Of a stretch of DNA of 42,644 nt, positions 8,346 through 20,110 are shown piece after piece (position 1 is the stretch's first letter; each line of letters begins with the position of its first letter). The notes beneath the pieces were generated by a model, which saw only the letters and a program-made list of their open reading frames with translations, made no database searches and had not been told where the DNA came from. The position numbers and the translations under genes are program-made. Source of the DNA: a virus (Duplodnaviria > Caudoviricetes); the IMG/VR virus record IMGVR_UViG_3300038315_000065, positions 1 through 42,644 of that record. One strand, given 5' to 3'.

Positions 8346-10858
8346 TGGGCGGCGTTGTTTCACAATCTATACCTAATTTTCTAAATGGTATGTCTCAACA
8401 AACTCCATCTCAAAGAGGAATTAATCAAGGTCAAGACCAAGTTAATTTCCAAAATAATATTGTAGATGGATTATCAAAGAGACCACCTTTAGAATATGTC
8501 GCTACATTAGATGCAACTAATGTCTTTCCTAATACAACTAAAATATGGAATATTCAAAGAGATGAATCAAATCGTTACATTTGTGCGTTCTATGACAATG
8601 GAGTTAAAGTCTACGACTTGGCGGGTAATGAAAAAACTGTCACTTATCCTGATGGAAATACATATCTTAATACTACTAATCCTAAAGCTGATTTTCGTAT
8701 GGTTAATATTGCTGATTACACCTTTGTTGTTAATAAGTCTATTACTCCCACTGCTGATAGTACAACATCTGCGGCAAAAATAGAGGAATTTCACGTTTAC
8801 TGTAAATCAACAAATTATGGTAGAGAATATAAAGTTGGGGTTAATCACCCTGATATTGTTACAGCAGGATTTACTGAAGGATATGAAGTAATATTTCAAG
8901 TACCTACAGGACACGATGCTTCTACAGATAGTAAATATAGAGATACATCTAAAATAATAGATATACTTTTATATGGTACTTCAAGTGCACATTATGATGC
9001 TAGTGCTGATGGAATAGCATTTAAAACAATTCGTGTTGATACAGGAGCAACTGTATCTAGTACAGAAGGATTGAATAATTATTCTCCAATCACTTCGGAA
9101 TTTACTTTTGAACAACACAATTCAGTTCTTTATGGCAAACCTACTGATGGAAATGCAGGTTATACTGTAACAACTGGTGATGGTTCAGGTGATACAGCGA
9201 TGTATGCTATTAAAGATAAAGTACAAGATTTTACAAAATTACCTTACTATGGAAAAGTAGATACTATTGTTAAAATTACAGGTGATGAAGGAGATACTCT
9301 TTCTGATTACTATGTAAAATTTGAAGGAACAGGTGTATGGACTGAAACACTAGCTCCTGCTACAAGTTTAGGTTTGACAGATACTACAATGCCTCACGCA
9401 TTGATAAATAATAATGATGGTACATTTACATTTAAAAAATTAGATTGGGCAGATAGAAGCTGTGGAGATGCAACAGATACTAATACTGACCCTTCTTTTG
9501 TAGGTAAAACAATACAGAATTTAACTTTTTATAAAAACAGATTAGGAATTTTATCAGGAGAGAATTTAATTCTAGCTGAAAATGCTAGTTATTTTAATTT
9601 CTTTGCTACAACAGTTACACAAGTTTTAGATACTGACCCTATTGATATAGCGGCTTCAGGTACTCAAGTTAATACTTTGAAAAACTCTGTATCATTTAAT
9701 GAAACATTATTATTATTTTCAGATACAGCTCAATATAAACTTGACCACGCAGGAGATACAATTAGTCCTACGACTGCTATCTTAAATGAAGTTTCAAGTT
9801 TTGAACACGATGATAATGTAACTCCAATAGGAGCAGGAAAGTTTGCATACTTTGCTCAAGCAAGAACAAACAATACAGCAATAAGAGAATACTATTCTGA
9901 TGATGATACATTAACAAATGATGGTTTAGATATTTCAGTTTCAGTACAAACATTAATTCCAACTAATGCTTATCAAATTATAAGTAATACAGTTGAGGAT
10001 TGTCTAGCAATTTTATGTTCTGATACAGCAGATGCACAAGTTATACCTTATTCAGCAGGTTCAGATGTAACAGCAACTAACGCTGATACGATGTATATAT
10101 ACAAATATTTCTTTGATGGTGGTGAAAAAGTACAAACCGCTTGGTCTAAATGGGAATTTACAGGTGTTAAAATACTTGGTGGATTTTCAATAGAAAGTAA
10201 TATTTATTTATTTACGGCTGAAGGACAAACAACAAAATTATTTAAAGTAGATTTAAGAAATTTAAAAGATGCAACATTAGGTTTTGGTATATATCTTGAT
10301 AAAATGGCATCAGTAACAGGTACATATTCAAGTGGTACTGATTTAACAACTTTAACTTCTCCTTATGGAGCTAAGACAGGATTAATGGCTGTTGATAAAA
10401 CTGATGGAACAGATTATGCTTTAACAAATACAACTGGTTCTACATATACGTTAGTTGGTAATCATACTAACTTATGGATAGGAACACCTTACGAATCTAA
10501 GTATACATTATCTCCTCAGTATGTTAGAGAAAATACTGGGAGAGGACTTTTAGCTGTAACTACAGGTCGTTATCAAATTAGAAATATAGCATTAACTTAC
10601 GAAAACTCAGGATTCTTCACAGCAGAAGTTACACCTGAAAACAGAAGTACATCTACAACTGTAATGAACGGATATGTTCTTGGGACTTCAGGAAGCACTA
10701 TTGGTGCTCCTGCATTACACTCAGGAACAATTAAAGTACCAATACAATGTAGAAATACCGATTTTACTTTTGACATTAAATCTAGTTCACACTTACCTAT
10801 GTATGTAGCAAGTGCTGAAGTAGAAGGTTATTATCATAACCGAGCAAATAGGATATAA
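8345..10858 (+). CDS. gp12: Tail tubular protein B
   Basis: VSQSIPNFLNGMSQQ, GLSKRPP, PSFVG, FYKNRLG, DTDPID, QTAWSKW. Confidence 0.95.
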   Translation: MGGVVSQSIPNFLNGMSQQTPSQRGINQGQDQVNFQNNIVDGLSKRPPLEYVATLDATNVFPNTTKIWNIQRDESNRYICAFYDNGVKVYDLAGNEKTVTYPDGNTYLNTTNPKADFRMVNIADYTFVVNKSITPTADSTTSAAKIEEFHVYCKSTNYGREYKVGVNHPDIVTAGFTEGYEVIFQVPTGHDASTDSKYRDTSKIIDILLYGTSSAHYDASADGIAFKTIRVDTGATVSSTEGLNNYSPITSEFTFEQHNSVLYGKPTDGNAGYTVTTGDGSGDTAMYAIKDKVQDFTKLPYYGKVDTIVKITGDEGDTLSDYYVKFEGTGVWTETLAPATSLGLTDTTMPHALINNNDGTFTFKKLDWADRSCGDATDTNTDPSFVGKTIQNLTFYKNRLGILSGENLILAENASYFNFFATTVTQVLDTDPIDIAASGTQVNTLKNSVSFNETLLLFSDTAQYKLDHAGDTISPTTAILNEVSSFEHDDNVTPIGAGKFAYFAQARTNNTAIREYYSDDDTLTNDGLDISVSVQTLIPTNAYQIISNTVEDCLAILCSDTADAQVIPYSAGSDVTATNADTMYIYKYFFDGGEKVQTAWSKWEFTGVKILGGFSIESNIYLFTAEGQTTKLFKVDLRNLKDATLGFGIYLDKMASVTGTYSSGTDLTTLTSPYGAKTGLMAVDKTDGTDYALTNTTGSTYTLVGNHTNLWIGTPYESKYTLSPQYVRENTGRGLLAVTTGRYQIRNIALTYENSGFFTAEVTPENRSTSTTVMNGYVLGTSGSTIGAPALHSGTIKVPIQCRNTDFTFDIKSSSHLPMYVASAEVEGYYHNRANRI

Positions 10859-11346
10859 TGGAAAAAGAAAACTATGTGCGTCCTGCGATATTAGCTGACG
10901 CAATACAATTAGCACCTAAAATGCGTATAGCAGATAGGGAAGAGATAAGAGCATCAAATGGTTCATCGCCGTTGGAAGCTCTTGTTATACCTTTCACTTA
11001 TAAAAAAAGTAGAAGCTATACAATTATAGGAACAGCTAAAGAAGGAGTTATAGGTATGTTTGGGGTTGCTCCTACAAAAGACCCTGAATATGGAATAGCT
11101 TGGTTATTATCAAGTGAAGATTTATTTAAACATACAAAACAATTTATAAAAGAATGTCCTTACTGGGTATCACAAATGAGTGAAGGATATACTTATATAT
11201 ACAACTGGGTAGATAGGCGAAATTGGAAGTCATTAAAGTGGCTTCAATTTTTAGGCTTTGAAGCTAAAGAAGAAATTAAACAATATGGAGTGGGTAAATT
11301 ACCCTTCTTACTAATGATAAAGGAAACAAATAAAAATAATGTGTAG
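10858..11346 (+). CDS. gp13: Internal virion protein A-like (gp13; acetyltransferase-like)
   Basis: MRIADREEI, NWVDRRNWKSLKWLQFLGF; position after gp12. Confidence 0.85.
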   Translation: MEKENYVRPAILADAIQLAPKMRIADREEIRASNGSSPLEALVIPFTYKKSRSYTIIGTAKEGVIGMFGVAPTKDPEYGIAWLLSSEDLFKHTKQFIKECPYWVSQMSEGYTYIYNWVDRRNWKSLKWLQFLGFEAKEEIKQYGVGKLPFLLMIKETNKNNV

Positions 11347-11890
11347 TCCCGAAGCACAAGTTATAATGACTGTGGCAAGTACAGTCTTAAACTATCAAAA
11401 CCAAAAGAATGTCGCTAAACAACACGCCGCAGATAATAGAGTGGCTATGGGTCATTATAATGAATCTTATTTGTACGATTTATCTAAAATTGATAATGAA
11501 TCAGGAAATGCTGTTAGAGAAAAAGCATTAGAAGAATTTAAAATTAAACAGAAAAAAGCCTTAGATATAGCAACAGCATTAAATTTAGGATTTGGTAATC
11601 CTCTTAGAGCTGTGCAATCTGTTGGTGGTGTTGCTGATAATGATTTAAACTATGTTGGTTTCCAATTTACTAAAGATATGACTACATTACAACATCAAGA
11701 ACACGAAGCATATGCTCATATGGTTAAAGGATATAGTAGTCTTACTTCTCCTACTCAACCTAGTCTACTTGGTACAAGTATGCAAATTGCTTCAGCAGGA
11801 ATTAATTATGCTGTTCAAGATAATAAAAATAGACACGGCGGCGTATACACAAAGAGGAGCGACAAAAATTATAAAAAATATAAAATTTAA
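11339..11890 (+). CDS. gp14: Internal virion protein B-like
   Basis: MCSP start, 183 aa, synteny. Confidence 0.7.
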   Translation: MCSPEAQVIMTVASTVLNYQNQKNVAKQHAADNRVAMGHYNESYLYDLSKIDNESGNAVREKALEEFKIKQKKALDIATALNLGFGNPLRAVQSVGGVADNDLNYVGFQFTKDMTTLQHQEHEAYAHMVKGYSSLTSPTQPSLLGTSMQIASAGINYAVQDNKNRHGGVYTKRSDKNYKKYKI

Positions 11891-11892
11891 TT

Positions 11893-14163
11893 ATGGCATA
11901 TAAATCACAAGTAACAAACAAGTATCTAGGTGCAGGATTTAAAGGTGCACCTAAAAGCAATAGAAACCCTGCATCTACAGAACTAGGACAAATTGTATCT
12001 GCTCTTCAAAATGATTTAACACCTGCTGTAGCAAATTGGGCGACAGCTAGTGTTGAAGGTATGCAAGATGCGGCTATAAAGAAAATGCAAAAATTATATG
12101 CTTCAGGAAAATCTAGTGAAGATATTAATAAAGAAATTTTAGCAGGTAAACATAAAGATTTAGAACATAAATATACTGAAGCTGTTGTTGAAGGACAGAT
12201 AGGCAGAATAGAAGCCTATGAAACTATAAATAAAATTACAGCAGAAATAGGAAATTATAAACCTAGAGAACAAACTTTAGAATCTTTTTGGCAAGGGTAT
12301 ACTCCTAATTTTGATGAACGAGGAAAATTTTATACTGAAGGATTTGCTGTAGTATTTAATGAATATAAAGCTAAAGCTCTTACAAAAGATGCAGAAGAAA
12401 GAGCTATTTATCAAGAGAATCAAAAAATCAATGGAATTGTAAGTTCTTTAAAAGGAGAATATGAATTAAATGGGTTTGAAGAAGGGAAGGCTTGGCAATT
12501 AGTAGAATCTTTTGGTTCACCTCTTCCTTTTAGTGGTAAGGAAAATAATTACTTTGTTAATAATGCGGCTAAGAATAAAGCTATGTTTCTTTTTATTGAA
12601 GATTTAGTAAGAACTGCTGAAACTGTAGAACAATTAGAACACGCAGAATTATTATTAGAAGAAGCTAGAGGTGGTAAACACAAATTAGGTTCATTAGCTG
12701 AAACTTATAATGCTGAAGAAGTTTCAAAATTAAGAGGAAGTATTCTTTCTCAAAAAGATGCTATTGAAACTAGAAATTGGAATAATTATACTAGAGGAAA
12801 AATTATAAAAGAAACTAATTTTATTAATGATTTCTTTGCTTATTCTAATGGTGGTACATTATCTGATGGACAAGGCGTAGTTGAAAGAGATGGTGCAAAT
12901 CCTACTCAACTTATGGAATATGATAAAATGGCTGAAGAAACATTAAATGCGATGCTAGACTTTGACCAATCTTTAGCGGCTTCAGTTGTTCAAATTAAAT
13001 CTAATATAAATGAATTAGATAGAGACCAAGAACAAATAGATTTTATAATGTCACAAATTCAAAAAGGTGTTTATATTGAAGACCCTACTAAAATGATTAA
13101 TGATTTAGCTAAGGCAGGGGGTAATTCTAGTGATATGGTTTCCTTTATGTCTGCTTGGACAGGAGCTAAAAATAGAAAACAAAACAATTTAACTTTATTT
13201 CCATTTCAAAATGATGAGTTTTGGAAAGGCAGTAAGAAATTTGTATGGGACACTTTATTAGTAGATAATAGATTAGTTACAATAGAAAATGATGAAGTTA
13301 AAAGAAGAATTATAGCTCAGACTGTTCTTAATGAATATTCTAAAAGAGTTGATAAATGGTATTCAGAAAATCCTGAACCTAGTAAAACTTTAAACAATGG
13401 AGCAGAGTGGTTAGAATGGAATAAAAATAGAAAACAATTTCAATTTGAAACAGAAGCCTTAATATTAAAAACATATAAGACTGAAGATTATTATAAATCT
13501 ATTAAAGCTATTATGGATAAAGGTGATACTAATGCAATTTCTAAAATTATCGCTAGTGAAGTTTCAAATCAAACTATAAATTTAGTTATGGAATCACAGG
13601 TGAAAGCAACTATTGATAAATTAACAAAAGATAATCAAAATGTTCAGAATATTATAGAAGATGCACAAAATCAATTACTTGATATTAAAGATTTAGATAT
13701 TATTAAAGAAAGAGTAAATGCAATACAACAAGAATTAAAACAATCAGGAATTAATTTATCTGATGATGAAGTTACACAAAAATTACTTGAAGGTTTAGGT
13801 ATTAATAATACTCAAATAGATTTTGAATTAATTAAAAATCAAATACAAGGTAATATTGAAAATTTAATTAATGAAGGTTTTATAAAATCTATGCCTGAAT
13901 TATTGAATGAAAAAGATAAATGGTGGACAATAAATACTGATGAAAGTTTACAAGTAACACCTGAAAGTTTACAACGAACAACAGAATTTTTAAATAATGT
14001 TTTAGGTGAATTAACTGGATTAGGTTTAGAATTTAATCCTGATGTTTTAACAAGATTAGACCCAACTTTTATAGATTTAATAGCTAAAGGACTTAACTTA
14101 AATAGTGAATCCTTTAGAGATGCAATACAAAAAGTATATAATATAACATTACCTCAAGGATAA
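11893..14163 (+). CDS. gp15: Internal virion protein C-like
   Basis: 756 aa helical protein; synteny only. Confidence 0.7.
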   Translation: MAYKSQVTNKYLGAGFKGAPKSNRNPASTELGQIVSALQNDLTPAVANWATASVEGMQDAAIKKMQKLYASGKSSEDINKEILAGKHKDLEHKYTEAVVEGQIGRIEAYETINKITAEIGNYKPREQTLESFWQGYTPNFDERGKFYTEGFAVVFNEYKAKALTKDAEERAIYQENQKINGIVSSLKGEYELNGFEEGKAWQLVESFGSPLPFSGKENNYFVNNAAKNKAMFLFIEDLVRTAETVEQLEHAELLLEEARGGKHKLGSLAETYNAEEVSKLRGSILSQKDAIETRNWNNYTRGKIIKETNFINDFFAYSNGGTLSDGQGVVERDGANPTQLMEYDKMAEETLNAMLDFDQSLAASVVQIKSNINELDRDQEQIDFIMSQIQKGVYIEDPTKMINDLAKAGGNSSDMVSFMSAWTGAKNRKQNNLTLFPFQNDEFWKGSKKFVWDTLLVDNRLVTIENDEVKRRIIAQTVLNEYSKRVDKWYSENPEPSKTLNNGAEWLEWNKNRKQFQFETEALILKTYKTEDYYKSIKAIMDKGDTNAISKIIASEVSNQTINLVMESQVKATIDKLTKDNQNVQNIIEDAQNQLLDIKDLDIIKERVNAIQQELKQSGINLSDDEVTQKLLEGLGINNTQIDFELIKNQIQGNIENLINEGFIKSMPELLNEKDKWWTINTDESLQVTPESLQRTTEFLNNVLGELTGLGLEFNPDVLTRLDPTFIDLIAKGLNLNSESFRDAIQKVYNITLPQG

Positions 14164-14165
14164 GA

Positions 14166-17100
14166 ATGGCAATATCATCTTTAATCTCTGAAGAGGAAAA
14201 GAAATCCTTAACAGAAGGTTCAACAATTTCTCCTGTTATAACGGCAGGGAGAGGCGATGTAACTTATAGAAGAAATCAAGCACAATTAAAAAAATATAAT
14301 GAAATGAAAGAGCTTGAGAAAAATCAAGAAGCTCTATCACGAATACAAACTGATGATTTTCACAGTGTTCTAAAAAGATATTATAAAAACAGACCACAAA
14401 TGGTTGAAGGTTCATATCTTAATTTTGATACAATGTCTAAACAAGAGTTACTTCATTATTTTTATAATGATAGAACTTGGAGAAACAACAATACTCTTGC
14501 TTTATCAAGAGATGTCTATGATTTAGGAACTGGCTCTGACCAAGATTTATCAGACTGGGCTTTAATTCATCAAACATATATTGATTTACCTAATTTTTGG
14601 GACGACCCAAATAGAACTTTTTGGCAGTGGTCTAAAGATTTTATTCCTGCATTTCTAGCTGACCCTATCAACTTAGTTGGTTTTGGAGTTGGTGGAATAG
14701 CGGCAAGACAAACTATTAAAGAAGGTGTTAAACTTGGTACTAAACAATTAACTAAAAAAGAACTTACTAAACTAGCTGTTAAAAAAGGTATGGTTCAAGG
14801 TGCTAAATATGAAGCGGTTATTGGTACAGGAGTATCAGCAGGTTTTGATGCTTTACAACAGTCTAATGAAGTTACCGCAGGATTAGCTGATGAATATAAT
14901 TTTAAAAGAACTATGTTAGCAGGTGGTATTGGTTTGGTAGCAGGTGGTACTCTTGGAGCAGGGTTTGGAGCTTTTGGTTCTAAACGTGCTATGGGTAAGT
15001 ATCTTAAAAATGTTGATGGAGAAGTAGTAGATATAAAACAATTAGGTCAGACTATTGATGGGAAGCAAATTATGGCTTCTAAAATTGATGATGGTTATAT
15101 TGTAGATAAGAATGGTAATGTTAAAAAAGTAAAAGGTAAAAAAGATAAGAATATTAAAAAATCTAAAACTGTAGAACTTAAACCTGATGAAACTCCTTTT
15201 TTAAGTAAAAGACAAAAAGTTATTACTAGACAGAATGATGATTTCTTTAATGCTAATATGATTAAAGGAAAAAATGTTGTTCAAAGTTTAAGAGAATTAT
15301 TTAAAAAAGTTCTTAATAAAAAAGATAAAAACTTCAGATTAGAACGAAGAGATATAAAAGATGTTTTATCTCATATTGAAAAGAAAGCAAAGATTAAAAT
15401 TTCTAATAATACTAAAAAACAAATTTTAGATGAAGCTGATGCTATGAATCAAATTGGTACTGATATAGGTGCTAATTGGGTAGCATTAAGAATTTTACAA
15501 GTTAAAGAAATTAACCATCTTAGATTAACTCAAGAATTAGCAGATAGTGCTACAACTGGTCTTGAAAAGAAAGCGGCATTAAAGAATTTAGAAACAGCGT
15601 GGAATCGTTGGGTAAAAGTATCTACAGAATTAGATAAAATGAGAACAAATGTATCTGATAATTTACAAGCAGGTAAAATAATTGTAGACCAAGACCAAGC
15701 TAGTAAACTTATTACTAAGTATACTGTAGCAGTTAGAAAGTTACTTGATGATGCTAAAGCTAAAGGAACATCAGTAGAAGCAAGAATTAAAATGCAACGT
15801 AATCTTCTTAGAAATATTACGAATGAAAATAGAATGGCTAAAATCATTCAAAAAGTTGATATGTCTACAGTTGAAGGACGAGCTACATTTGGTGATTGGT
15901 TAAACGAATATACTACAGCAAATCTTTTATTTGATGCTACTACTCATATGATTAACGTACTTTCAGGTATGGTTAAATTTCAATGGGGTGTTATTCAAGA
16001 TTTTAGCAGAGCTGTAATAATGATGCCTAAACATAGAAAAATGGCTGTTGCTCAAATGAGAATGGCTAATGATATGTTCATAGGTCAATTTCAATTCTTT
16101 TGGTTTGCTTTGAAAAAAGCAGGAGTATCTTTTAGACAAGGGAGAGCTTTAGGAGACCAGTTACAACATAAACTTGAAGCTAAAAAGTGGAGAGCTATGG
16201 ACACTTATAATAACCAATTAAAAGGTGAAGCAGGTTTAAAAGCTGATATATTTGGTTCTAAACCTATGTCTTGGCTTGGTAAATTAGTATACAATTCATA
16301 TAGAGCACTTCAAGCAGGTGATACCTTTATGAAACAAGCCTTTAATAGAGCAACTAGAGCGGCACACGTTAATCATAGAATGAGAGTTAATCGTCCTGAT
16401 TTATGGGCGAATAAAAAAGGTTGGACACCTAAAGTTAGTGCTGTTAAAGAAGACCAAATTGTTAAACATTTAGATGAATTAATTAGATGGGAAAAAGGTA
16501 AAGATAAAATTAATACTAAATTAATTCAAAAATATGAACGAAGAAAAAAGAGTCTTTTAGAAAAAGTTGCTGAAAGAGATAAAGACGCATTTACTGCTGA
16601 ATGGAAAAAATTATTTAATCAGTATGAAGATGAGTTTGGCAACTACAGAGCTATTAGTGAAATGTCTGAAGGCATTACTGAAAACTTTGATGATTTATCT
16701 AAAAGCATTATCTTTGACCCACAATATAGAGCAAGGGAAGCTACTTTTACTAATTCATTAAGAAGTGATTTAGTTCCTAATGCAGTAGACCCATTAACAA
16801 AAGCTAATGATGGTTTTGCAGGAGTATTATTAAGAGCGGCAAATAACCACCCAATATTAAGAGTAATGGCAGGTCTACACTTTTTAAAAGTTCCTGCTCA
16901 CTTAAATAGATGGGCTTGGTGGCATACACCTTTCTTAAATAAAGCACATTTTCAATTTAGAGCTATGTTAAATTCACCTGACCCTATTATAAGGTCACAC
17001 GCTAAATCTATTCAGGCAACTTCTGTTGCATTATTTGGAATGGCGGGAACATTAGCTATGATGGGAAGATTACACGGCGGATTACACCCTGACCCTACAA

Positions 17101-18365
17101 AGAAAAATTCAATACAATTAACTATAAATGGTGAAGAAAAATATATACAATTCACAAGATTATATCCATTAAGTATTCCATTTATGGCTATGGCTAGTTT
17201 TAGTGATATGATTAGAGGTTTACCTAATATTTGGAATGACCCTGAACATACGGAAGCAAATGAAAAATTTGGAGAATTAGCAATCTATCTTGGTAAATCT
17301 TCTGCGGCACTTTTATCTAATGTCTTTTCAGCAAATTTAATGACTTCTGAAATGTTTACAAAAATGGAAACTTTATTTGATGGTACAATGGGATATAGTG
17401 AAGCCTCAACAGATAATTGGGCAAGTGAATTTGCAAGAACTTGGTTAAAAGATATTTCAAAATTAGTACCTATGGCTACAGGTTGGAGATGGTCTAACAA
17501 AGAATTAGCTACTGCTGATGCTGAACTTAGAGATATAACTGAAAAAATATTATTCTCTACACCAGTAGAACTAGCAAAATTATTAGGACTTAATTATCAC
17601 ACTTTTCAACCTAAAAGAGACCCTAATGGAAACATCTTACCTAAAGTAGAAGGTATAGGAGTTTTAGGTGTTACTAATATAGATACACCATTTAAAGTAT
17701 CTAGTATGTGGATTGATTCAATTATTAAAACAGATGCAGGAAGAGAATTATTTGAAAGTTTAGGTATTGTCTATAAACCACCTATGGGAACTGTTACAGT
17801 TAATAAGGTTAAGATAGGTGATATGAAAAAAGTAACTGTTAAATCTTATGTAGATTATAATAGTAAAAAAGTTATTAATGAAGGTGATTATTATATAAAT
17901 GCTGATGGCAAAGCTATGTTAGATAATAATGGTGAACGAAGAATATTTAAAGCAAATCAACAGACTTTCTATGACTTAGTTATGGAAGTTAAAAGCACTA
18001 TGAGAATAGATGGTTTAACTTTAAATGAACGTCTAAGTGAAATGTTTGATAATCCTGATAGTGCATTTCAAAAATCTATTAGATGGCAAAAAGATAAGAC
18101 TGGAAAATTTATATATGATGGAGCTAATGTTGATGGTAAGAATCCTGATGCTCAAAGAGTTCTTGAAATAATAAGACAGTATGAACAAGCGGCTAAAAAA
18201 TGGGTTCAATATTATGCTTATAGTGGTGATGAAAAAGGTGATAAACCTCATTTTTATGAAAAAGAATTAGAATTAGCTGAAAGATTACTTTTTAGAGCTA
18301 ATGAATATAAAGGGGTTAGTGAGGAAAGAATTAAGTATATTAGAATACTAACCAACGGAGATTAA
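14166..18365 (+). CDS. gp16: Internal virion protein D-like
   Basis: 1399 aa with DPINLVGFG and Gly/Ala hydrophobic segments; synteny before tail fibre. Confidence 0.75.
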   Translation: MAISSLISEEEKKSLTEGSTISPVITAGRGDVTYRRNQAQLKKYNEMKELEKNQEALSRIQTDDFHSVLKRYYKNRPQMVEGSYLNFDTMSKQELLHYFYNDRTWRNNNTLALSRDVYDLGTGSDQDLSDWALIHQTYIDLPNFWDDPNRTFWQWSKDFIPAFLADPINLVGFGVGGIAARQTIKEGVKLGTKQLTKKELTKLAVKKGMVQGAKYEAVIGTGVSAGFDALQQSNEVTAGLADEYNFKRTMLAGGIGLVAGGTLGAGFGAFGSKRAMGKYLKNVDGEVVDIKQLGQTIDGKQIMASKIDDGYIVDKNGNVKKVKGKKDKNIKKSKTVELKPDETPFLSKRQKVITRQNDDFFNANMIKGKNVVQSLRELFKKVLNKKDKNFRLERRDIKDVLSHIEKKAKIKISNNTKKQILDEADAMNQIGTDIGANWVALRILQVKEINHLRLTQELADSATTGLEKKAALKNLETAWNRWVKVSTELDKMRTNVSDNLQAGKIIVDQDQASKLITKYTVAVRKLLDDAKAKGTSVEARIKMQRNLLRNITNENRMAKIIQKVDMSTVEGRATFGDWLNEYTTANLLFDATTHMINVLSGMVKFQWGVIQDFSRAVIMMPKHRKMAVAQMRMANDMFIGQFQFFWFALKKAGVSFRQGRALGDQLQHKLEAKKWRAMDTYNNQLKGEAGLKADIFGSKPMSWLGKLVYNSYRALQAGDTFMKQAFNRATRAAHVNHRMRVNRPDLWANKKGWTPKVSAVKEDQIVKHLDELIRWEKGKDKINTKLIQKYERRKKSLLEKVAERDKDAFTAEWKKLFNQYEDEFGNYRAISEMSEGITENFDDLSKSIIFDPQYRAREATFTNSLRSDLVPNAVDPLTKANDGFAGVLLRAANNHPILRVMAGLHFLKVPAHLNRWAWWHTPFLNKAHFQFRAMLNSPDPIIRSHAKSIQATSVALFGMAGTLAMMGRLHGGLHPDPTKKNSIQLTINGEEKYIQFTRLYPLSIPFMAMASFSDMIRGLPNIWNDPEHTEANEKFGELAIYLGKSSAALLSNVFSANLMTSEMFTKMETLFDGTMGYSEASTDNWASEFARTWLKDISKLVPMATGWRWSNKELATADAELRDITEKILFSTPVELAKLLGLNYHTFQPKRDPNGNILPKVEGIGVLGVTNIDTPFKVSSMWIDSIIKTDAGRELFESLGIVYKPPMGTVTVNKVKIGDMKKVTVKSYVDYNSKKVINEGDYYINADGKAMLDNNGERRIFKANQQTFYDLVMEVKSTMRIDGLTLNERLSEMFDNPDSAFQKSIRWQKDKTGKFIYDGANVDGKNPDAQRVLEIIRQYEQAAKKWVQYYAYSGDEKGDKPHFYEKELELAERLLFRANEYKGVSEERIKYIRILTNGD

Positions 18366-18385
18366 TAAAGTACCCCTTTTAGAAG
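18366..18385 (+). promoter_or_regulatory. Putative phage RNAP promoter before tail fibre
   Basis: TAAAGTACCCCTTTTAGAAG. Confidence 0.82.
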
Positions 18386-18419
18386 AGATAAACGAATAAA
18401 TACAAGGAAAATTTAAAAT

Positions 18420-19739
18420 ATGGCTAACAGTTTTGTACGATATACAGGAAATGGTAGTACAGATGCCTATTCAGTCCCATTTAGTTATAGGGCTCAGGCA
18501 GACGTAGCAGTAACCATTGATGGTGTCACTACATCAGCTTATACTTGGAATGGTGCGGGTACAGTAATTACTTTCACAAGTCCCCCTGCGGACACAACAA
18601 ATATAGAAATAAGACGTACAACTAGCCAAGCGGCAAGATTAGTAGATTATGCTGATGGCTCAGTATTAAAAGAAAACGATTTAGATACAGACTCTTTTCA
18701 AGGTTTCTATATGGGACAAGAAGCCATAGATGATGCCAATGACAGAATTTTATTAGACAGTGCGGACTTTCAATGGGACGCAGGAAGTAAAAGAATTAAA
18801 AATGTAGCTGACCCTACGGCGGCTCAAGATGCAGTAACAAAATATTATTTAGAAAACACTTGGTTATCAACTTCAGATAAAGCTGATATTGCAACCTTAG
18901 CGGCAATTTCAGGTTTAAGTACACTTGCGGCTAATAGTGCAAATGTTACAACAGTTGCAACAGCAATAGCTAATGTTAATATTGTTGCAGGAATTTCAGC
19001 TAATGTTACAACAGTTGCAGGAATTTCAGCAAATGTAACAACAGTAGCAGGAATTGACAGTGATGTTACAGCAGTTGCAGGAGACGCAACTGATATTGGA
19101 GCAGTAGCGGCAAAGGCAACTGAAATTGGACGATTAGGAACAGCAGACGCAGTAGCCGATTTAGCACTTTTGGGTACTTCAGCAGTTGTTACTGATTTAG
19201 ATTTATTAGCAACAGCAGGAAATGTTACAGCTATGGGATTACTTGGTAATTCTACAACTGTAGCAAACATGGCATTACTCGGAACTGCTGATGCAGTTTC
19301 AGATATGAACACTCTTGCTACAAGTGATATTATTGCAGACTTAAATACTTTAGCAACAACAGATATTGTTTCAGATTTAAACCAACTAGCGACAACAGAT
19401 TTTGTATCTGACTTAAATGCTATTGAAGCTGTTAAAGCCAATGTAACAACTTGTGCAGATAATCTTACAGGAATAAATAATTTCGCAGATACCTATTCAG
19501 TAGGTTCTACAAATCCGACTGGTGGTACTGTTAATGCAGGAGACATTTTCTTTAATACGACTGATAGCCAATTTAAATATTACAACGGAAGTTCGTGGGC
19601 ATCAGTTACAGCAGGTATCGGAAGTATGGCAGATGATACCACACCACAACTCGGTGGAGATTTAGACTTAAACAGCTTTGATATTCCTGCATCAGAAAGT
19701 GTAAAGGGATTTTCAATAGCAATGGCAATATGCTTATAA
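18420..19739 (+). CDS. gp17: Tail fibre protein (T7 gp17 N-terminal anchor plus repeat shaft)
   Basis: YTGNGST..FSY, IEIRRTT, VDYADGSVLKENDLD; ANVTTVAGIS repeats; TPQLGGDLD. Confidence 0.92.
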   Translation: MANSFVRYTGNGSTDAYSVPFSYRAQADVAVTIDGVTTSAYTWNGAGTVITFTSPPADTTNIEIRRTTSQAARLVDYADGSVLKENDLDTDSFQGFYMGQEAIDDANDRILLDSADFQWDAGSKRIKNVADPTAAQDAVTKYYLENTWLSTSDKADIATLAAISGLSTLAANSANVTTVATAIANVNIVAGISANVTTVAGISANVTTVAGIDSDVTAVAGDATDIGAVAAKATEIGRLGTADAVADLALLGTSAVVTDLDLLATAGNVTAMGLLGNSTTVANMALLGTADAVSDMNTLATSDIIADLNTLATTDIVSDLNQLATTDFVSDLNAIEAVKANVTTCADNLTGINNFADTYSVGSTNPTGGTVNAGDIFFNTTDSQFKYYNGSSWASVTAGIGSMADDTTPQLGGDLDLNSFDIPASESVKGFSIAMAICL

Positions 19740-19774
19740 ACAATAAACAAATGACAATAGGAGAAATATAACAA

Positions 19775-20110
19775 ATGGCACAAAACTTTAGAAATAGTAT
19801 AACTAGAAATACTGGTGCAACACCAGTGGCTATACTTCCTGAAGCATTAGTAGACAGTTATGATGCTGTCGTAGGAATAAGATTAGTTAATGTTGCTTCA
19901 TCTTCAATTACTGTAGATGTTTACATTGTACGTTCAGCTACCAATTATTATTTAATTAAATCTGCACCGATTGGTGTAGGTCAATCATTAGAATTAATTG
20001 ATGGTGGAAGTAAAGTAGTCTTACACAATAACGATAAAATAATGGCAGTCAGCAATACAGCTTCATCTTTAGATGCTGTTGTTTCTTACGTTGATGCAAT
20101 TTCAACATAA
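19775..20110 (+). CDS. Tail-fibre cassette protein
   Basis: Beta-rich 111 aa, GGAG SD, follows gp17. Confidence 0.7.
   Translation: MAQNFRNSITRNTGATPVAILPEALVDSYDAVVGIRLVNVASSSITVDVYIVRSATNYYLIKSAPIGVGQSLELIDGGSKVVLHNNDKIMAVSNTASSLDAVVSYVDAIST

Noticed and set aside
18845-19441. 198-aa minus-strand ORF and other antisense ORFs
   Set aside because: Shadows of Ala/Thr/Val-rich plus-strand genes; no SD or promoter support, and the genome is unidirectional.
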